64,000 nt of DNA. It comes from Protoeuglena noctilucae. Its lineage: Eukaryota. The stretch lies in NCBI GenBank assembly GCA_958009085.1, contig OY253687.1:372001-436000 (forward strand). The letters run 5' to 3'. Positions 31,929 to 44,600 of the stretch are shown one piece after another. A program made the translations under genes and the position numbers. How positions within the stretch are numbered: position 1 is the first letter of the stretch; each line of letters opens with the position of its first letter. The notes under the pieces are model-generated. The model was not told the origin of the DNA. It did no database searches and saw nothing but the letters and a program-made list of their open reading frames with translations.

Positions 31929-33283
31929 ATGCGTTTCATCGACATTGGCGCAAACCTGCTCGACCCCATGTTTCGGGGCGAGTACGGAGGGAAGCCCGCT
32001 CACGACGGCGACCTGGACGCCGTGCTGGACCGGGCGTGGGCGGCGGGGGTGGAGCGGATCATTGTAACGGCAGGGAGTCTGGCAGAGGCGCGGGCGGTCC
32101 TGGAGCTCTGCGAGCGCCACGAGCGGCTGTTCGCCACAGTGGGGGTCCACCCTACGCGGTGCGGGAGCTTCGACGAGGATCCGGACGGGCCCGAATCGCA
32201 TCTTTTGAAGCTGATAGAGGTTGCTCAAGAGGGCATCGCGCGTGGGAAGGTGGTGGCGGTCGGGGAGTGCGGGCTCGATTATGCACGGTTGCACTTCTGC
32301 GAGGCGGAGGTGCAGCGCAAGTACTTCGCGATGCAGTTCAGGTGAGGAGTTGGGGATAAAGCGATTATGAAGCAGGAATACCTGGCTGGGGCAGTTGAGA
32401 GACGGTGGTGGCATGGTGGAGCCGCCCTGGCCTGCTTGCCTGGTGCAGGTTGGCCCGTGCGACGGGGCTTCCCATGTTCCTGCACATGCGCGACGCCACT
32501 GACGACTTTTTATCCATTCTCCACGAGCACCGGTCCGACTTCAGGTGCGATGTCACGGCCACCGCTGCGCTTGCGTACTCTCCACACCCTGCCCGTGTGC
32601 AGCCTTGGGGCATGCATCTGCGCCCTCTCCCTGCGCCCGCTGCCCTCCGCCCTGCGCCAACCACACTGTGTGCTGACAGTGAGATACATCTCACCGCTCC
32701 ACTTCTCATCTGAGACCCTTTGTGTCTTTACTCCTTCGCAGCACGGGCGTGGTCCATTCGTTCGACGGGTCTTCAGACGAGCTGGCGCGCGTGTTGCAAG
32801 TGGACGGACTGAGCATCGGCATCAACGGCTGCTCTCTGAAGACCGAGGAGAACGTCAGGGTGGCGGCAAGCGTGCCTATAGACAAGCTCATGATCGAGAC
32901 GGGTGAGGGCGAGCGTAATGAGGGGTATGTGGGCGCTAAGGGGGTTAAGGGTACTGGTTGAGCAATTGGCACAAATCTGTGGGTATGTGGACTGTGAGCA
33001 GTCGCCATGCACCATGCATCCCTCTGCCGTCGCAGACTGCCCTTGGTGCGACATCCGGTCCACGCACGCCGGGTATGCCCACGTGCACACCAAGCTGCCC
33101 ACCAAAGACAAGAAGAAGCACGATCGGGCGTGTCTCGTGAAAGGTCGCAATGAGCCGTGTAACATTCGGCAGGTGGCGGAGGTGCTGGCGGGTGCCCGTG
33201 GGGACGACACGCCTGAGCAGTTCGCGGCCCTCTGCGACGCCATCTACGCCAACACCACGCGCATGTTCTTCCAGGGGAACTGA
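31929..33283 (+). CDS. TATDN1: TatD-family DNase (TATDN1-like)
   Basis: FIDIGANLLDPMFRG, TVGVHPT, AVGECGLDY, FLHMRDA, GVVHSFDG, IETDCPWC, RNEPCNI. Confidence 0.93.
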
Positions 33284-33561
33284 TTAAGAGGGACGTGAAT
33301 GGAGCGTGACATTTTTCTTTGACATGCGCGTAGCACGTTCGATACTGTATTCACCAAGAGGCGATTCGATTACCATTAGGCCAACAGCCAGCCAGTTCTC
33401 GAGGATTTAAGAACCGGGCTTGAAGACGATGCAACCGCAGCAGCCAGGGTCACGAGAATGCCACCCATGAGCCACGTGCACATTCACAGCACAAAGGTTC
33501 AGGGCTAACAAAGGACTCTTCTTACTCGGCCCACCACCGCTCACCCCACTCAGCCCATCAA

Positions 33562-36172
33562 TCAACGCCCCCCCTGACCCCACTCCCGCTTCAGGTACGC
33601 CAATGCCTCGGCCTTCCCACGCTCGCTCTTGGCGGTCGCAGGGTGGCGCAGCTGCCATGCCGTCAACTGCGGTGCGGGCGGGGCCGGCGTGATCGACGGA
33701 AGCACTCACTTGCCATGCCGCCACAGTAAGTCATACAGATACCACACAGTGTTATCCAATTCAGGTCGTCAAAGCACCGTGCCGGGAAGAAGTGCGTGGT
33801 ACCAATGGGGGCCGGGCAGGCTGCCCTCCCCCCATCCTGTACCATGCATTCCCTCTCTGCACGGCAGCCCAGCGTCTTGCATCACCAGCACCCTTGCAAC
33901 CTCACCATCTCTACAACCTTCCCAATCGCCGGTCCCTTGGCCCCCAGCTCAGCCGTGATCTCCTTGCCGCCCAACAGAGGCTTCCACGTGTGGCAGTCCG
34001 CCAATCCCACCGCCTGCAACGCAGATGGCATGCCACACGCTCACTCAGCCATCACCCATGCAAGTTGTCAATGGAGCGTGAGCAAGCCCCTGACCCTGTC
34101 AGGAGGTCGCTCGCTCATCACAACACACTCGCCATGCTTTATTACTACCCAACCACACCGTCCGTGACACGACTAGTAACCAACCAACCACACTGCCACC
34201 GCTCGTCGCTCATCGCGACCCCACCCCACCACGCGCACCTCCGCGAACGCCACGGCCCCCAACGCCACGTCCACCATCCTCTCAGCCAGTTCCTCCCTCT
34301 TCGCCGCGTCAAGTGACCCCCACTCGACCCCTCCCTCGCCCAGACCCAGCAGCTGTGCCATCGCATGCGCACCCTCGGCCTCAACTGCTGGCAACTCCTC
34401 TGCCCCGAGCGGAGCGCACTCCTGGAAGCGAGAAGATGCAAGCGTTTTCGGAATAATATCCTATCGATACTCTAATCGATGCATCACAGCAACATTGCTG
34501 CGACAACTTCCCAAGCATTTCCCAACCTCACCCGCAGTGCCGTCAGTGGAGCCATGGCCATCGCCACGCGCCAATACGACCCCGCATCCACCATTGCCTT
34601 CCCCAAACGGCCCGTGTGGCTCCCGCCCTCCCCGCCCTCGCCCTCCTCCTGCAAGCATGCAAGGGCCATTCATCGGTCCATGCGCCTGCACGACCACACC
34701 CACACCGCTCAGCAGCCTCGCATCGCCATCTCTCCCGCTCTCTTGTACCTACGGAGCGGCCCTTGCCACGCCAGACACTCTGCCACAGCCAATTCAGATA
34801 TGCTCCACAGATGACAACCAGCCATAGCTGCACAGGCACTGTGACACCCTCACCGGTCCCGGAGCCACCGATGCCAGCCCCGCGAGCGACGTCGCGAGGC
34901 GATCGGCGTCGTCGGCGTCCCTGCCGCGGAGCTTCATCCCTCGCACCACCTTCCCAGGCACACCGAGGGGCTTCTTGTCCGCAGGAACGCGCGCGTATCG
35001 CAGCGGCAGCAGCACCGCCGCGAGCATCGTCGCCCGCGTGGCGTCCGAGTCCATTTCCCGCACCCACGCCGCCGCCTCGCGCCGTGACAGGCGCCCCAGC
35101 ACCTCCGCCCACGCCCGCCCGCACGCCGCGCCCGCGGCGGTCCATGACGCCGGGGCGGTGCAGCCATCGGGCATCGCGAACGCGGTCCCCAGTAGCCCCA
35201 TGTCGTGCAGGAGGCCGATGGCCATGCCGGGGCGCGGGCCCTCGAGCATCTTCGCGACCTCGATCCCGACGCGCTCCCGGGACACCTTGTGCGCGAGCGC
35301 CGCGCGCACCTCCGCCGTGGAAGCGGCCTCGAGGAGCGCAGGGTCCGAGTCGAAGCCCAGTCGCGCGGCGAAGCGCACCGCGCGCAGCACGCGGAGGGGA
35401 TCGTCGAGGAAGGTCTGCGCTGGCGCGAGGGGCGTGCGGACGATTCCGTTACGGAGATCGTCGACGCCGTGACCGGTGAAGTCCTCGATCGCGCGGGTGT
35501 GGAGGTTGTAGAAGAGCGCGTTGATGGTCAGGTCGCGGCGCAGCGCGTCCTGCAGCGGCGTGCCGAACTCCATCGACGGGATGCGCGAGCCCTCGGCGTA
35601 GGTCTCGGAACGGAGGTTCACGAGATCGATCCAGGTGCCGTTCACGCGCATCCGCGCCGTCTCGAGGTGCTTGGACTGGTCGGGGTTCATCTGAATCACG
35701 CCCACGCCCGCCGTCTCCTTGCCGAGGTGGTGCAGGTACTCGTTCACCTTCTCCGCGAACTCGCGACTGCGGTCGAGAGCGGACATGCGGAATCGCGGCG
35801 CGGGCGGCACAGGCGAGGGGCGCGTGCAAAGCTCAGGCCTCACGCGCACCGCCGAGAGCAGGGATGGTGGCAATGGCATGCGCTAAACCGCGTCTGGAAT
35901 GCTCACCCGAGCATGTCGTCGAGGACCACGTCGATGTCGGGCGACGTGATGCCGAGGAGCTTGTCGCGGACCCAGCCGCCCGCGCAGCGCAGCGTGGTGC
36001 TCAGGCCGTGATGCTTGGCGGCCCCCAGGAGCACGTTGAAAAGCTCCTCCTCCTCCGGCTCCAGGCTGACGCTGTCCCGCACCGCGACGCGCATGTCGGC
36101 TCCCTGCGTGGACGCACAGCGGAAAATGCTGCTGTGCCCGCCCATCGCCGCCTCCGGCGCCCCTCCAGGCAT
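33562..36172 (-). CDS. CCA1: CCA-adding tRNA nucleotidyltransferase
   Basis: RCAGGWVRDKLLG..DIDVVLD, KHLETA, DLVNLRSETY, DALRRDLTINALFYN, FLDDPLRVLRAVRF, KVSRERVG, WKPLLGGKEI. Confidence 0.93.
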
Positions 36173-36630
36173 CACAGCGTGCGATGACGCAGCAGGATCG
36201 AGGAACGACCTACCCCTGAGCTCGCCGCTGCGCCGATGGCGCGGAGGCTCCAGCGCCCGCCGACCAACTGACCCCGGCGGCCGACGGAGACCCTGGCGCG
36301 CTGCGATGCCCGAGGCGCGAAGGAGGTACGCTCGTAACCTAGACAGACAGCCCGCGCGATGGGTCTACAACGCCCGAGGCAAGACAGACACGCCATCCTA
36401 CGCCATCTCCGCGGCGAAGAGCGCGCGTTCTGGGATGGGAGCACTCGAGTAAGCCACGTCAGCGCACAGACTGCCCGTGCCGCTGCCGGCTGGGAAGGGA
36501 AAGCGAGCGTTGTCCTTGCAAGTTGCGCCAGATGGACGCCAGGTCGAGTGTCTGCCGTGATCTGCCGGTGCGCGCCGCCTCCGCTTAACCAAATCAACTC
36601 ATGGACAGCTAATAAAGCGCTGGATAGAGG

Positions 36631-37737
36631 ATGCTCCGGCAATTGTGCTTCACCCCGCAGTCCAGAGCACTTCGCACTGATGCGTGTGCCCCCAGCGCGC
36701 GTGCCGCAGCCGCCACTGAAGCCCACGGCCGTCCGCCAGCGCCTTCGGATGCAGTGAACCGGCGGCTGGCGCTGTCGCTCGTCGGGGGAGCGGCAATCGC
36801 ATCAGCATCACCCCGACCAGCACGCTGCGAACCGATCGCTGCCAACGACCCCTCTGCCCTGATCCGCGCCCTTTCATTGGCACCGCTGGGGACGACCCTC
36901 ACCCTCGCACCTGGCTCTTATCGTGCGCGCCTCATCATCACCTCGGACGTGACTCTGCAGGTGGGTGACCTGTCGGTGTGTGTGTGTGGTCGCAAGGGTG
37001 GCCCAGTTGGGCAAGCAGTGGGAGCACGTGGGTGGCTAACTGCTTGCTGTTCGTCCTGGCGACCCTGCTCAGATGCGCATTGGTCTCCCATCGATCGCAG
37101 GCCGCAGCTGGCGGGCGTGTGACGCTAGTCTGGGAGACCCAAGCGCCCTACGAGAGCACAGTGGTGGTGGCCAACGGCGCCCGAGTGACGCTTTCCGGCA
37201 TCGACATCCGTCACGACTCGCCGTCGGTGGCCAACAACTTCGCTGTGCATGTCTACGATGGGGCAGAGGTGCAACTGGCCGACTGCACGGTATCGAGTGC
37301 GTCGGGAGCTGGCGTGTGCGTGGAGGGCGCGACGTGCGAGCTGAGGTGGGATGGCTGGCGATGTTCTGTTGCCTTGCGATGATGTCAGCGTGGATATGGG
37401 CACGATTCGTTGTGCACTTGATGGGTCGCTTGCAACGACCATACGGGTTGGCGCTGCTTGCAGGGGCTGCCGGGTGGGGCCGTGCAGGGGCGCAGGCCTG
37501 ATGGCGTTTGAGGATCTGGAAGGCCGCCTCAGCAGCTTGGCGGCGACCGACACCACTGTGTCCAACTGTGGTGGGGAGGGGGTCTTGGCGAGGGGCGCCA
37601 CGGTCAGGCTCGGCGAGGGCACCAGGGTCGAGCGCAACGGTGGTGGCGCCCTGCGGCTCTCCTCCGCGGATGTGTCTGTCGCGGGAGCCACCGTGGCGGG
37701 GGGGATTGTGCGGGGTCCCGACGTGCAGGGACTCTAG
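36631..37737 (+). CDS. Right-handed parallel beta-helix (pectin-lyase-like) protein with plastid transit and twin-arginine signal
   Basis: NRRLALSLVGGAAIA..ARC; LAPGSY, DCTVSSASGAGVCVEG, NCGGEGV beta-helix repeats; 3 exons. Confidence 0.7.
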
Positions 37738-38163
37738 CGTGCCAGTGCAGCACCGTCACTGGCAGCCGCTCTTCCTCTTCGGCAGCCTGCCCTGCAAACC
37801 ATACGTTATACAGGAGGTGCTGAGCGTGGAGATCACTGCAGGTGCGCTTCGCAGGGCCGGGTACAAGGGGGGCTCACCTGATGCGTATGTCGATTATGTT
37901 CACGCGCGAAACGGCCATCGGCGGCCTCGTGTGCGCACCTCTGAATGCCTTAATCTCGATTATGACCATGGCAAAGCTCACTTTGCGTCTCCTTACCTCT
38001 CCGTTTGATGCAGAGGCAGCGCGACCGCATGTTCCTTTGTCAATGCCATCGCCCCTGTATCGCGAATAAACTGGGCCTCCCACCCGCCTCCAGGAACGAG
38101 CAAGATATTCGTTGCACATCGGCAAGGACATCGCGCCGCAAACATGGAGAAGATCGAGTTTGG

Positions 38164-39429
38164 CGCCGAGAAGCTGCCGGGCTACATCGCCGGCCCGGTC
38201 GGTGCTCCCGGCGTCATCTGCCTGCAGGAGGCGTGGGGCGTGACGGACGAAATGAAGGTGTGGCTTGAAAGCACGAGCTGATCGTGGCACAAGCGCGGTG
38301 CGCGGCGCAAGCGGAGTGGGCTCAGCACGGCCCCCTCTTTGCTTTGCGCAGGAGTTCTCGATCAAGATCGCCAGCAAGGGCTACCGCGTCCTCCTCCCCG
38401 ACCTCTACAAGGTACAGGGCACGGCCGCTTTCCATGGCTCTCCTCCGCGCCGCAGCGGTTTGCGCAGCTGTGGTCATTTTGCATAGCTGCGCGTCGATCG
38501 CAGGGCAAGATTGGCTTGGAGATGGAGGAGGTGATGCACCTGTACAAGAACTTCGACTTCCCCAAGGGTGTCCAGGAGATCGGCGAGGCTGCCAAGTACC
38601 TGCGCGAGCACGGCAGCGCCAAGGTCGGCGTCGTCGGTGCGTGGCACTGCCTGGTCTCCTGCCACATGTTACATGACAGTGACACTGTCTCCCGTCACCT
38701 CTTCACTGTCTCGTGTCTCCCGTCTCCTGTTCACTGTCTCCTGCCCCATGCCCCATGCCCTTGTCTCCTGACTCTCACCTGCACCTGCGCCTACGTCAGC
38801 ACGGCTCCTGGCTCCCTCACTTGCAGCGCCCTTCGCTGCGTGCTCCTCGCCAATGCACCGCCCCTCGCCTCCCCCGCAGGCTTCTGCATGGGCGGCGGTC
38901 TGGCCCTCGCTGCGGCGCAGAGCGCGGGCGTCGACTGTGCGGTGCCCTTCTACGGCATGCCGCCCGTGGAGCTGTGCCAGCCCGAGACCCTCAAGGTGCC
39001 CATCCAGGGCCACTTCGGGGAGCTGGACCACTCGCCCGTCGCCAACAAGGAGGCCGCCCTCGCGCTCGACGCCAAGCTCAAGACCTGCCCCGCCGCGGCA
39101 CACGTGAGTGACCCAATCGGCGCTCGGAGCTTGTTCTGGAAACCTGTGTGGGATGGATAGCCTGTGTGGGATCACGGATGGATGGGGCCACTGCGCGAGG
39201 TCGCTGGGTGGTATCTGAGACCAGCCCGCCCTTCACCTACCCCGCCCGCTTGCCCCCGCAGTGCGAGGTGTTCATCTACGAGGGCGAGGGCCACGCGTTC
39301 ATGAACCCCTCGACGGAGACGGTGCTGAAGCAGCGGGAGATGTTCAACCTCCCGACCCCGAAGGCGGACAGCCAGGAACTCGCCTGGGGCCGGCTGTTCG
39401 ACTTCTTCGGCAAGCACCTCAGGGCGTGA
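38164..39429 (+). CDS. Dienelactone hydrolase family (carboxymethylenebutenolidase-like)
   Basis: LQEAWGV, LLPDLYKG, VGVVGFCMGG (nucleophile Cys), PFYG, QGHFGELD, YEGEGHAFMN. Confidence 0.92.
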
Positions 39430-39874
39430 AGGCGTGAATGCGCTGCGGTGAAATGTGGTTGGTTTTGAAAGCAAGCTCAAAGAGCATCTGGGTAGAACCT
39501 GGGTGTCAGGCGCTGGCCTAAACCTGACTTCATGCGCCGTCAGTCGACAGCAATGGGCACGAAGAGCGAGGGTAGGAAAGCGACAACGCGACACTCGAGA
39601 TGCTGAGATGCTCATTGCGATGTCTGTGAGGGGTGAAGCATTGGTCATCCTTGCCCATCATCGGCTGAAGACGCAAATACGAGAATCCGTGTGACCGCTC
39701 AGCATCCTTGACAATGTCTTCAAGACGAGCCCTGCAGCTGGCCCTGTGGGTCGAGAGCCGCGCCAGCCTAGGCGCACTTAGGGCGCAGAGCGGTGAGCGT
39801 CTGTGCTACGTCTGTGCTGCGTAACGAGGCGCGTTGATGGCTCTGATGTATTCAAGGTAAGCAGTTACATTACT

Positions 39875-41345
39875 ATGCCAATTCGCCAGTCAAATCACGC
39901 ACCCGCCCGCCTCGCAGGCTGCTCGAGGTATCCAAATGATGCGAGCCCCTCGGCGGCCGCTGCGACGCCCTCGCGGCTCGCGTCCACCGCATCCACGTCC
40001 GGTCGAAGCGGTTTAACAGCATCGACTTCTTTGTGGCGGAGGTCGTTGGTCTGGGGCGCCGCCCTCCTGTCCACGACACTTTGCATGGTGCGTGCCGCAT
40101 CGCGCCACTCGATCCACGCGATGGAGCGCTGACAGTGTGCATTACGTCGATGTGAATCATTTCAGCCTTGCAGGGCGCCGCTTCCGAGCCGGACCCGGAC
40201 AGCACGACCGATGCAAAGAGCGCGCCGCCTCCCGCTCCGCCTGGGCTCCGGCATTCCTCGCTATCTCCCGAAGTCAAGAAGACGTTGGAGTCTACTCCCT
40301 TCCTGCGGCATCTGGCGAACAAGCCCACCGTCGCCGTCGTCGACTCGAGCGACCTCAGCTCCGCGCTTCCCATCAACCTCCACGACCACCTTTTCGAGGC
40401 CCTGAAGAAGAACCGCCAACTCCGCAGCTACACGTGCCTCTACGACTACGACCCGCACGCCAAGGGACCCAAGTACTTCGCGGTGTTCGACCTCGGCGCG
40501 GATGTCTGCGGTGAGCGATGATGGCCATGGCGCTATGGAAGGGGCGGTGTTGTTCACTCACCTCCTCTCACACAGCACTGCTTCGTCTTACTGCGAATGC
40601 CATAGCGGGCAGCCCGCTGCAGCGACATCGCCCTGCCCACCACCTCCCACCTCCCACCTCCTCTCCCCCTACACTGCCACTGCCTCACCTCCCTCCCTCG
40701 CCACCACCCCACACCTGCACGCCCTCCCCCTCCCACACACCCATCCCACGCCCCCCCAGGCTTCCCGGGCATTACCCACGGCGGCCTGTCAGCTGCTATG
40801 TGTGACGAGGCTTTCGGTGGGCTCATCCAAGGCCTGAAGCTGGAGGGCGTGTTGCGCCCGGGCCCCGCCTACACCGTGCACCTGAGCATGCAATACAAGA
40901 AGATGCTCCCGTCACGCACCACGGTGGTGGTCAGTGCGTCGTTGGATAAGGTCGAATCAGAGGGCAGGAAGGTCTGGATGAACGCCGTGCTCTCGGATGC
41001 CAACGTGAGTGATGGGGGCGCTCACCTCTTGAAGTGGGGGTGGCAGTGTCTGGCATTGCATGCTAGACAAGCACCGTCGGCGTGTTTAGGAGAGGGTTGT
41101 GGTGAACATGGGTGTTGCGGTGCTGTTAGGTACTAGCAGCACTCAGGGTCCGTCACCCTCATCATACCTCATCATCACCCCCATCTTCACACGTCAACTC
41201 ATTGCCATCTTCCCCGCTCCTCTCCTCGCAGGGCCCTGAGGCCGGCACCACCTTCGCCACATCACGCGCTCTCTTCGTGCACCCATCGGGGCCCACCCAC
41301 GTGATGCAGGCCGTCAAGCACTACATCCACAGCCGCATGGCATGA
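39875..41345 (+). CDS. HotDog-fold acyl-CoA thioesterase (THEM4-like); first exon tentative
   Basis: DVCGFPGITHGGLSAAMCDEAFG, YTVHLSMQYKK, EGRKVWM, ATSRALFV. Confidence 0.82.
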
Positions 41346-41604
41346 ACCGTGCAAGACAGTGCTTGCTGAAGACACGTGCTTTCCTCCGTAGCCGCTCTTA
41401 GTTACTCTGTCACTGAATGCTCTCACGTAGACCTAATATCAATCCATGGAATGGTATGGGGTCTCTTCCCTAGCTAGGGCAGCCTGCCACCCGCTTCGTT
41501 GCTTTCAAATGAGAGCCAGCCAAGAAATGACCATGATCTCAAGCCCCATCGCCTCGTCTCACATCTCCTACTACACCACTACACCCTCACAAGCTGCCCC
41601 ACCC

Positions 41605-44600
41605 TCACAGGCTGCCCCAGCCCTCGCCCGCCCCCGCCCCCCCGTTCCCCAGCGTCCCGAAGCACATGAAATGCACGACCCTCCCGTCCGGCATCGACGC
41701 GAACGCACCGCTACCCAGCCGCTTGTTGCACACCCAGCACGCGCGCTCGTACGTCACCCTCACGCACAGCGACTGGGTGGCCGCCAGCTCCTCCCTCGCC
41801 ACCAGCCCCTCGCTCTTCGCGAGCGCCCGCAGCAGCTGCTGCACCCGCCAGTCCCTCTCTAGCCCCGCCAGCACCCGGGACAGAACCCCATCCAACGCAG
41901 ACAAGGCGACCTCCCCAGGGATGCACGCCAGCGCGCGCCGAGGGTCCATCACGCGACCCTTGCGCTCCAGCAGGTCCCGGCACAGGCGCAGCCCGCGGTC
42001 CGCGCTCATCCGGCAGGCTGTGATGGTCCGCCTGTCTCGCCCCTCCACATGCACGCTTAGCGACGCGTCTGCCAAGTCCGCAGCCCTCTCTCCCTCTCCC
42101 ATCAGAGGCTCCAGGTACACCTCGAGCAGCGTCAAATGCGCCCGCACCGCGGGGTGCTCGTCCCCCGCTAGCTCCGCCTGCACCCACGCCGGCGGCTCCA
42201 AGTGCCACGACAGGTCGGCCCCCGCCACCCCCGCGTGGCCCCCGTCCCCCGCCGCCCGCGGCCCTGCACCGCTCGCAGCTTCGTCGCTTTCCCCGTCGCC
42301 GTCGCCGGACAGCGTCGCGGGGTCGGGCACGAGGAAGGGTGCTTGCGGGTCGTGGTGCAGTGCGAGGGCCACGTCACACCAGGCCTCCGCCACTCTGGGC
42401 GCATTCATGGCATGCACCAGCAGCCGCAGCGCAGCGCGGACCTCTCCCAGCCGCAGCAGCCCCGCTGCCTTCTCAGCCAGCAGCGCCCCACGGGGCATGC
42501 GGGACAGGAGGGACCGCACGTCCAACTCCCACGTCGCAAGCAGCTCCTGCAGCCGCAGCGACGCCGCCCTGCGCGCGCCCGGGCCGGTCGCACCACTCCG
42601 ACCGCTCCCCGCATCCACAGAGCCCCGCGCCTCCCGCCCCGCCACCCTCTGCCCCTGCCCCTGCACTGCCGCGCTGTTGCTACCCTGGTTGCCACTACCA
42701 CCCCCGGCCCCTGGCCCCTTCTCTTGCCCATCTCGGGACCTCGCGATCTCCTCTTCCTTCAGCAGATACTCGATGTATAACTCGGCCAGTCGCTGGCCCC
42801 AGTCGTCCCGTGTGGCCAGGCCAGCAGCGATGGCCCGGTCGAGATACTGGCACCGCGCGTCGTGCTGACTCAGGCGCTCCAGGAGGGGGACGCCCTGGGA
42901 TGGGGGCAGCGGCGGGTCGAGGCCCAGGAGGATCTGCGGCGGTGGAGAGAGGGGCGTGGAAGTGAGAGGTGGGGAGATGTGAATGGTTGATAACAGTGGA
43001 GGGGTGTCGTGGTAAGGGCAGCAAGGCAGTCACAAGCGAGTATGGGTAACAGTTGCAACAAAAGCACAGCCAGTTAACCACACAAAACACAAGGCAACTC
43101 ATCCCCCTTTCCCAACCAATCACGCCGCCCCTCGCCTGCAGCCCGGCCTCCACATCGCGCCCGAACACCCACGCGCACACGCCCTCGACCACCCCCACTT
43201 CCAGCCCCGGGGTCTCGCGGCAGTACTCCACCGTCTTCCGCACCGCTCCCGGCCCCACCAGCCCCGTGGATCCGGGCGCAGGGGGCGTCAGGGCTGAGTC
43301 AGGCCCCGTGTCAGGGGCGCACGCCAGAACGCGCAGGGCCGAGAGGGCCTGGGCGTGCAGCCCCTGCGACTGGAGCACGTCCAGCAGCGGGGCGTAGTCT
43401 CCCCGGCGCGCCAGAAACTCGAACGCCTCACTGGGGTGCACGCAATGCCTGCCACGGCAAAAGTCCACAAGCACCGCCGACGGCGCATCGATTGCGGCAC
43501 CGGTAGCACCGCCCCTGGTCCAGTCACCCCCGCCGCTCTTCTCATCACCACCACTGTCTCTGCCACCCGCACCACTCCTGCCACCCCCACCGCCCCCCCC
43601 ACCCCCACCGCTCTCGTCACCCTTCCCCACCGCGCCGCTCCCCCCGTTCGCGTCCCCCCACATCCCCCCCTGCTGCGACTCCGTCAGAACCTTGCACAGC
43701 GCCGTATCCACCAGCACCGCCCACCCCTGCCGTGCCCCCGCCATCCACTGCGCCAGTCGATCGTCCTCAGGTACCAGCGACCCACTCTCTGACGTGCTGG
43801 GGGTGGTCATCAGCGACGCATCCCGGCCTGCGCTGTCCCCAACCCCCACCCCCGCGTTATCCCCACCCCCCGCCATCACCGCTCGCAAGTCCATGTCGTG
43901 CACCCGGCTCAGCTCCCCCAGCTTCGCCCTCACGTGAGCTGCCGCCTCCTCGCACCCCAGCTTCGCACGATACGTGTACAGGTACGGCAGTACGTTGCCC
44001 AGCACAGCGCGACGCGTGGGGCCGTCCATCGCGGCCTCCCACGCCACCAGCTCCGCCTCAACAGAGTCCTCTGCCACTGCCATTGCCCCGGCGTGCAGGT
44101 GCGATGACACCGGGGGCGCAGCTAGGGCCGCGTGGGAGGGTGGCGACGCGCCACGCGGGGTGGCACTAGACGAAGCACCTGAGGGACTAGATCCACGGGC
44201 GGCGTGGCGTGTGGGTTCAGCTCCAGAGGCACGGGCGGGCCGAGAGGGACCGACGGGGCGCGGCGGGGTGCGGGAGGGCGGGACGGCGAGGGAGATGCTC
44301 CGAGCAAAGGCGGCGTTGCGTGGGGCGGAGGAGCGGGGCTTGTCGTGGTCGACCTCGGCGTCGCTATCTGAGCCGCGAGACCCGCGGGAGGGCGTGGGAG
44401 GGTCCGAGGGGTGGCGGTGGCCGGGGCGCGGGGTGGGGTTGGGGGTGTCGGAGGAGAGGGGTCGCGAGGAGGGGAGGCTCGAGGCGCGGGAGAGGGCGCC
44501 GGCATCCATCAGGGTGTTGTGCTTGCTGCGGGGGGTGTGAAAGGATGCGTGGGTGCAATGGCATGGGTGCTTCTCTGCTGAACTCTCCCTTCGCTGCTAC

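Noticed and set aside
41666..42868. Long antisense/overlapping ORFs (also 7296-8318, 29820-31058, 31244-32359, 58934-60094)
   Set aside because: Shadow ORFs expected from high GC3 codon usage on the opposite strand or in alternative frames; no recognisable domains.
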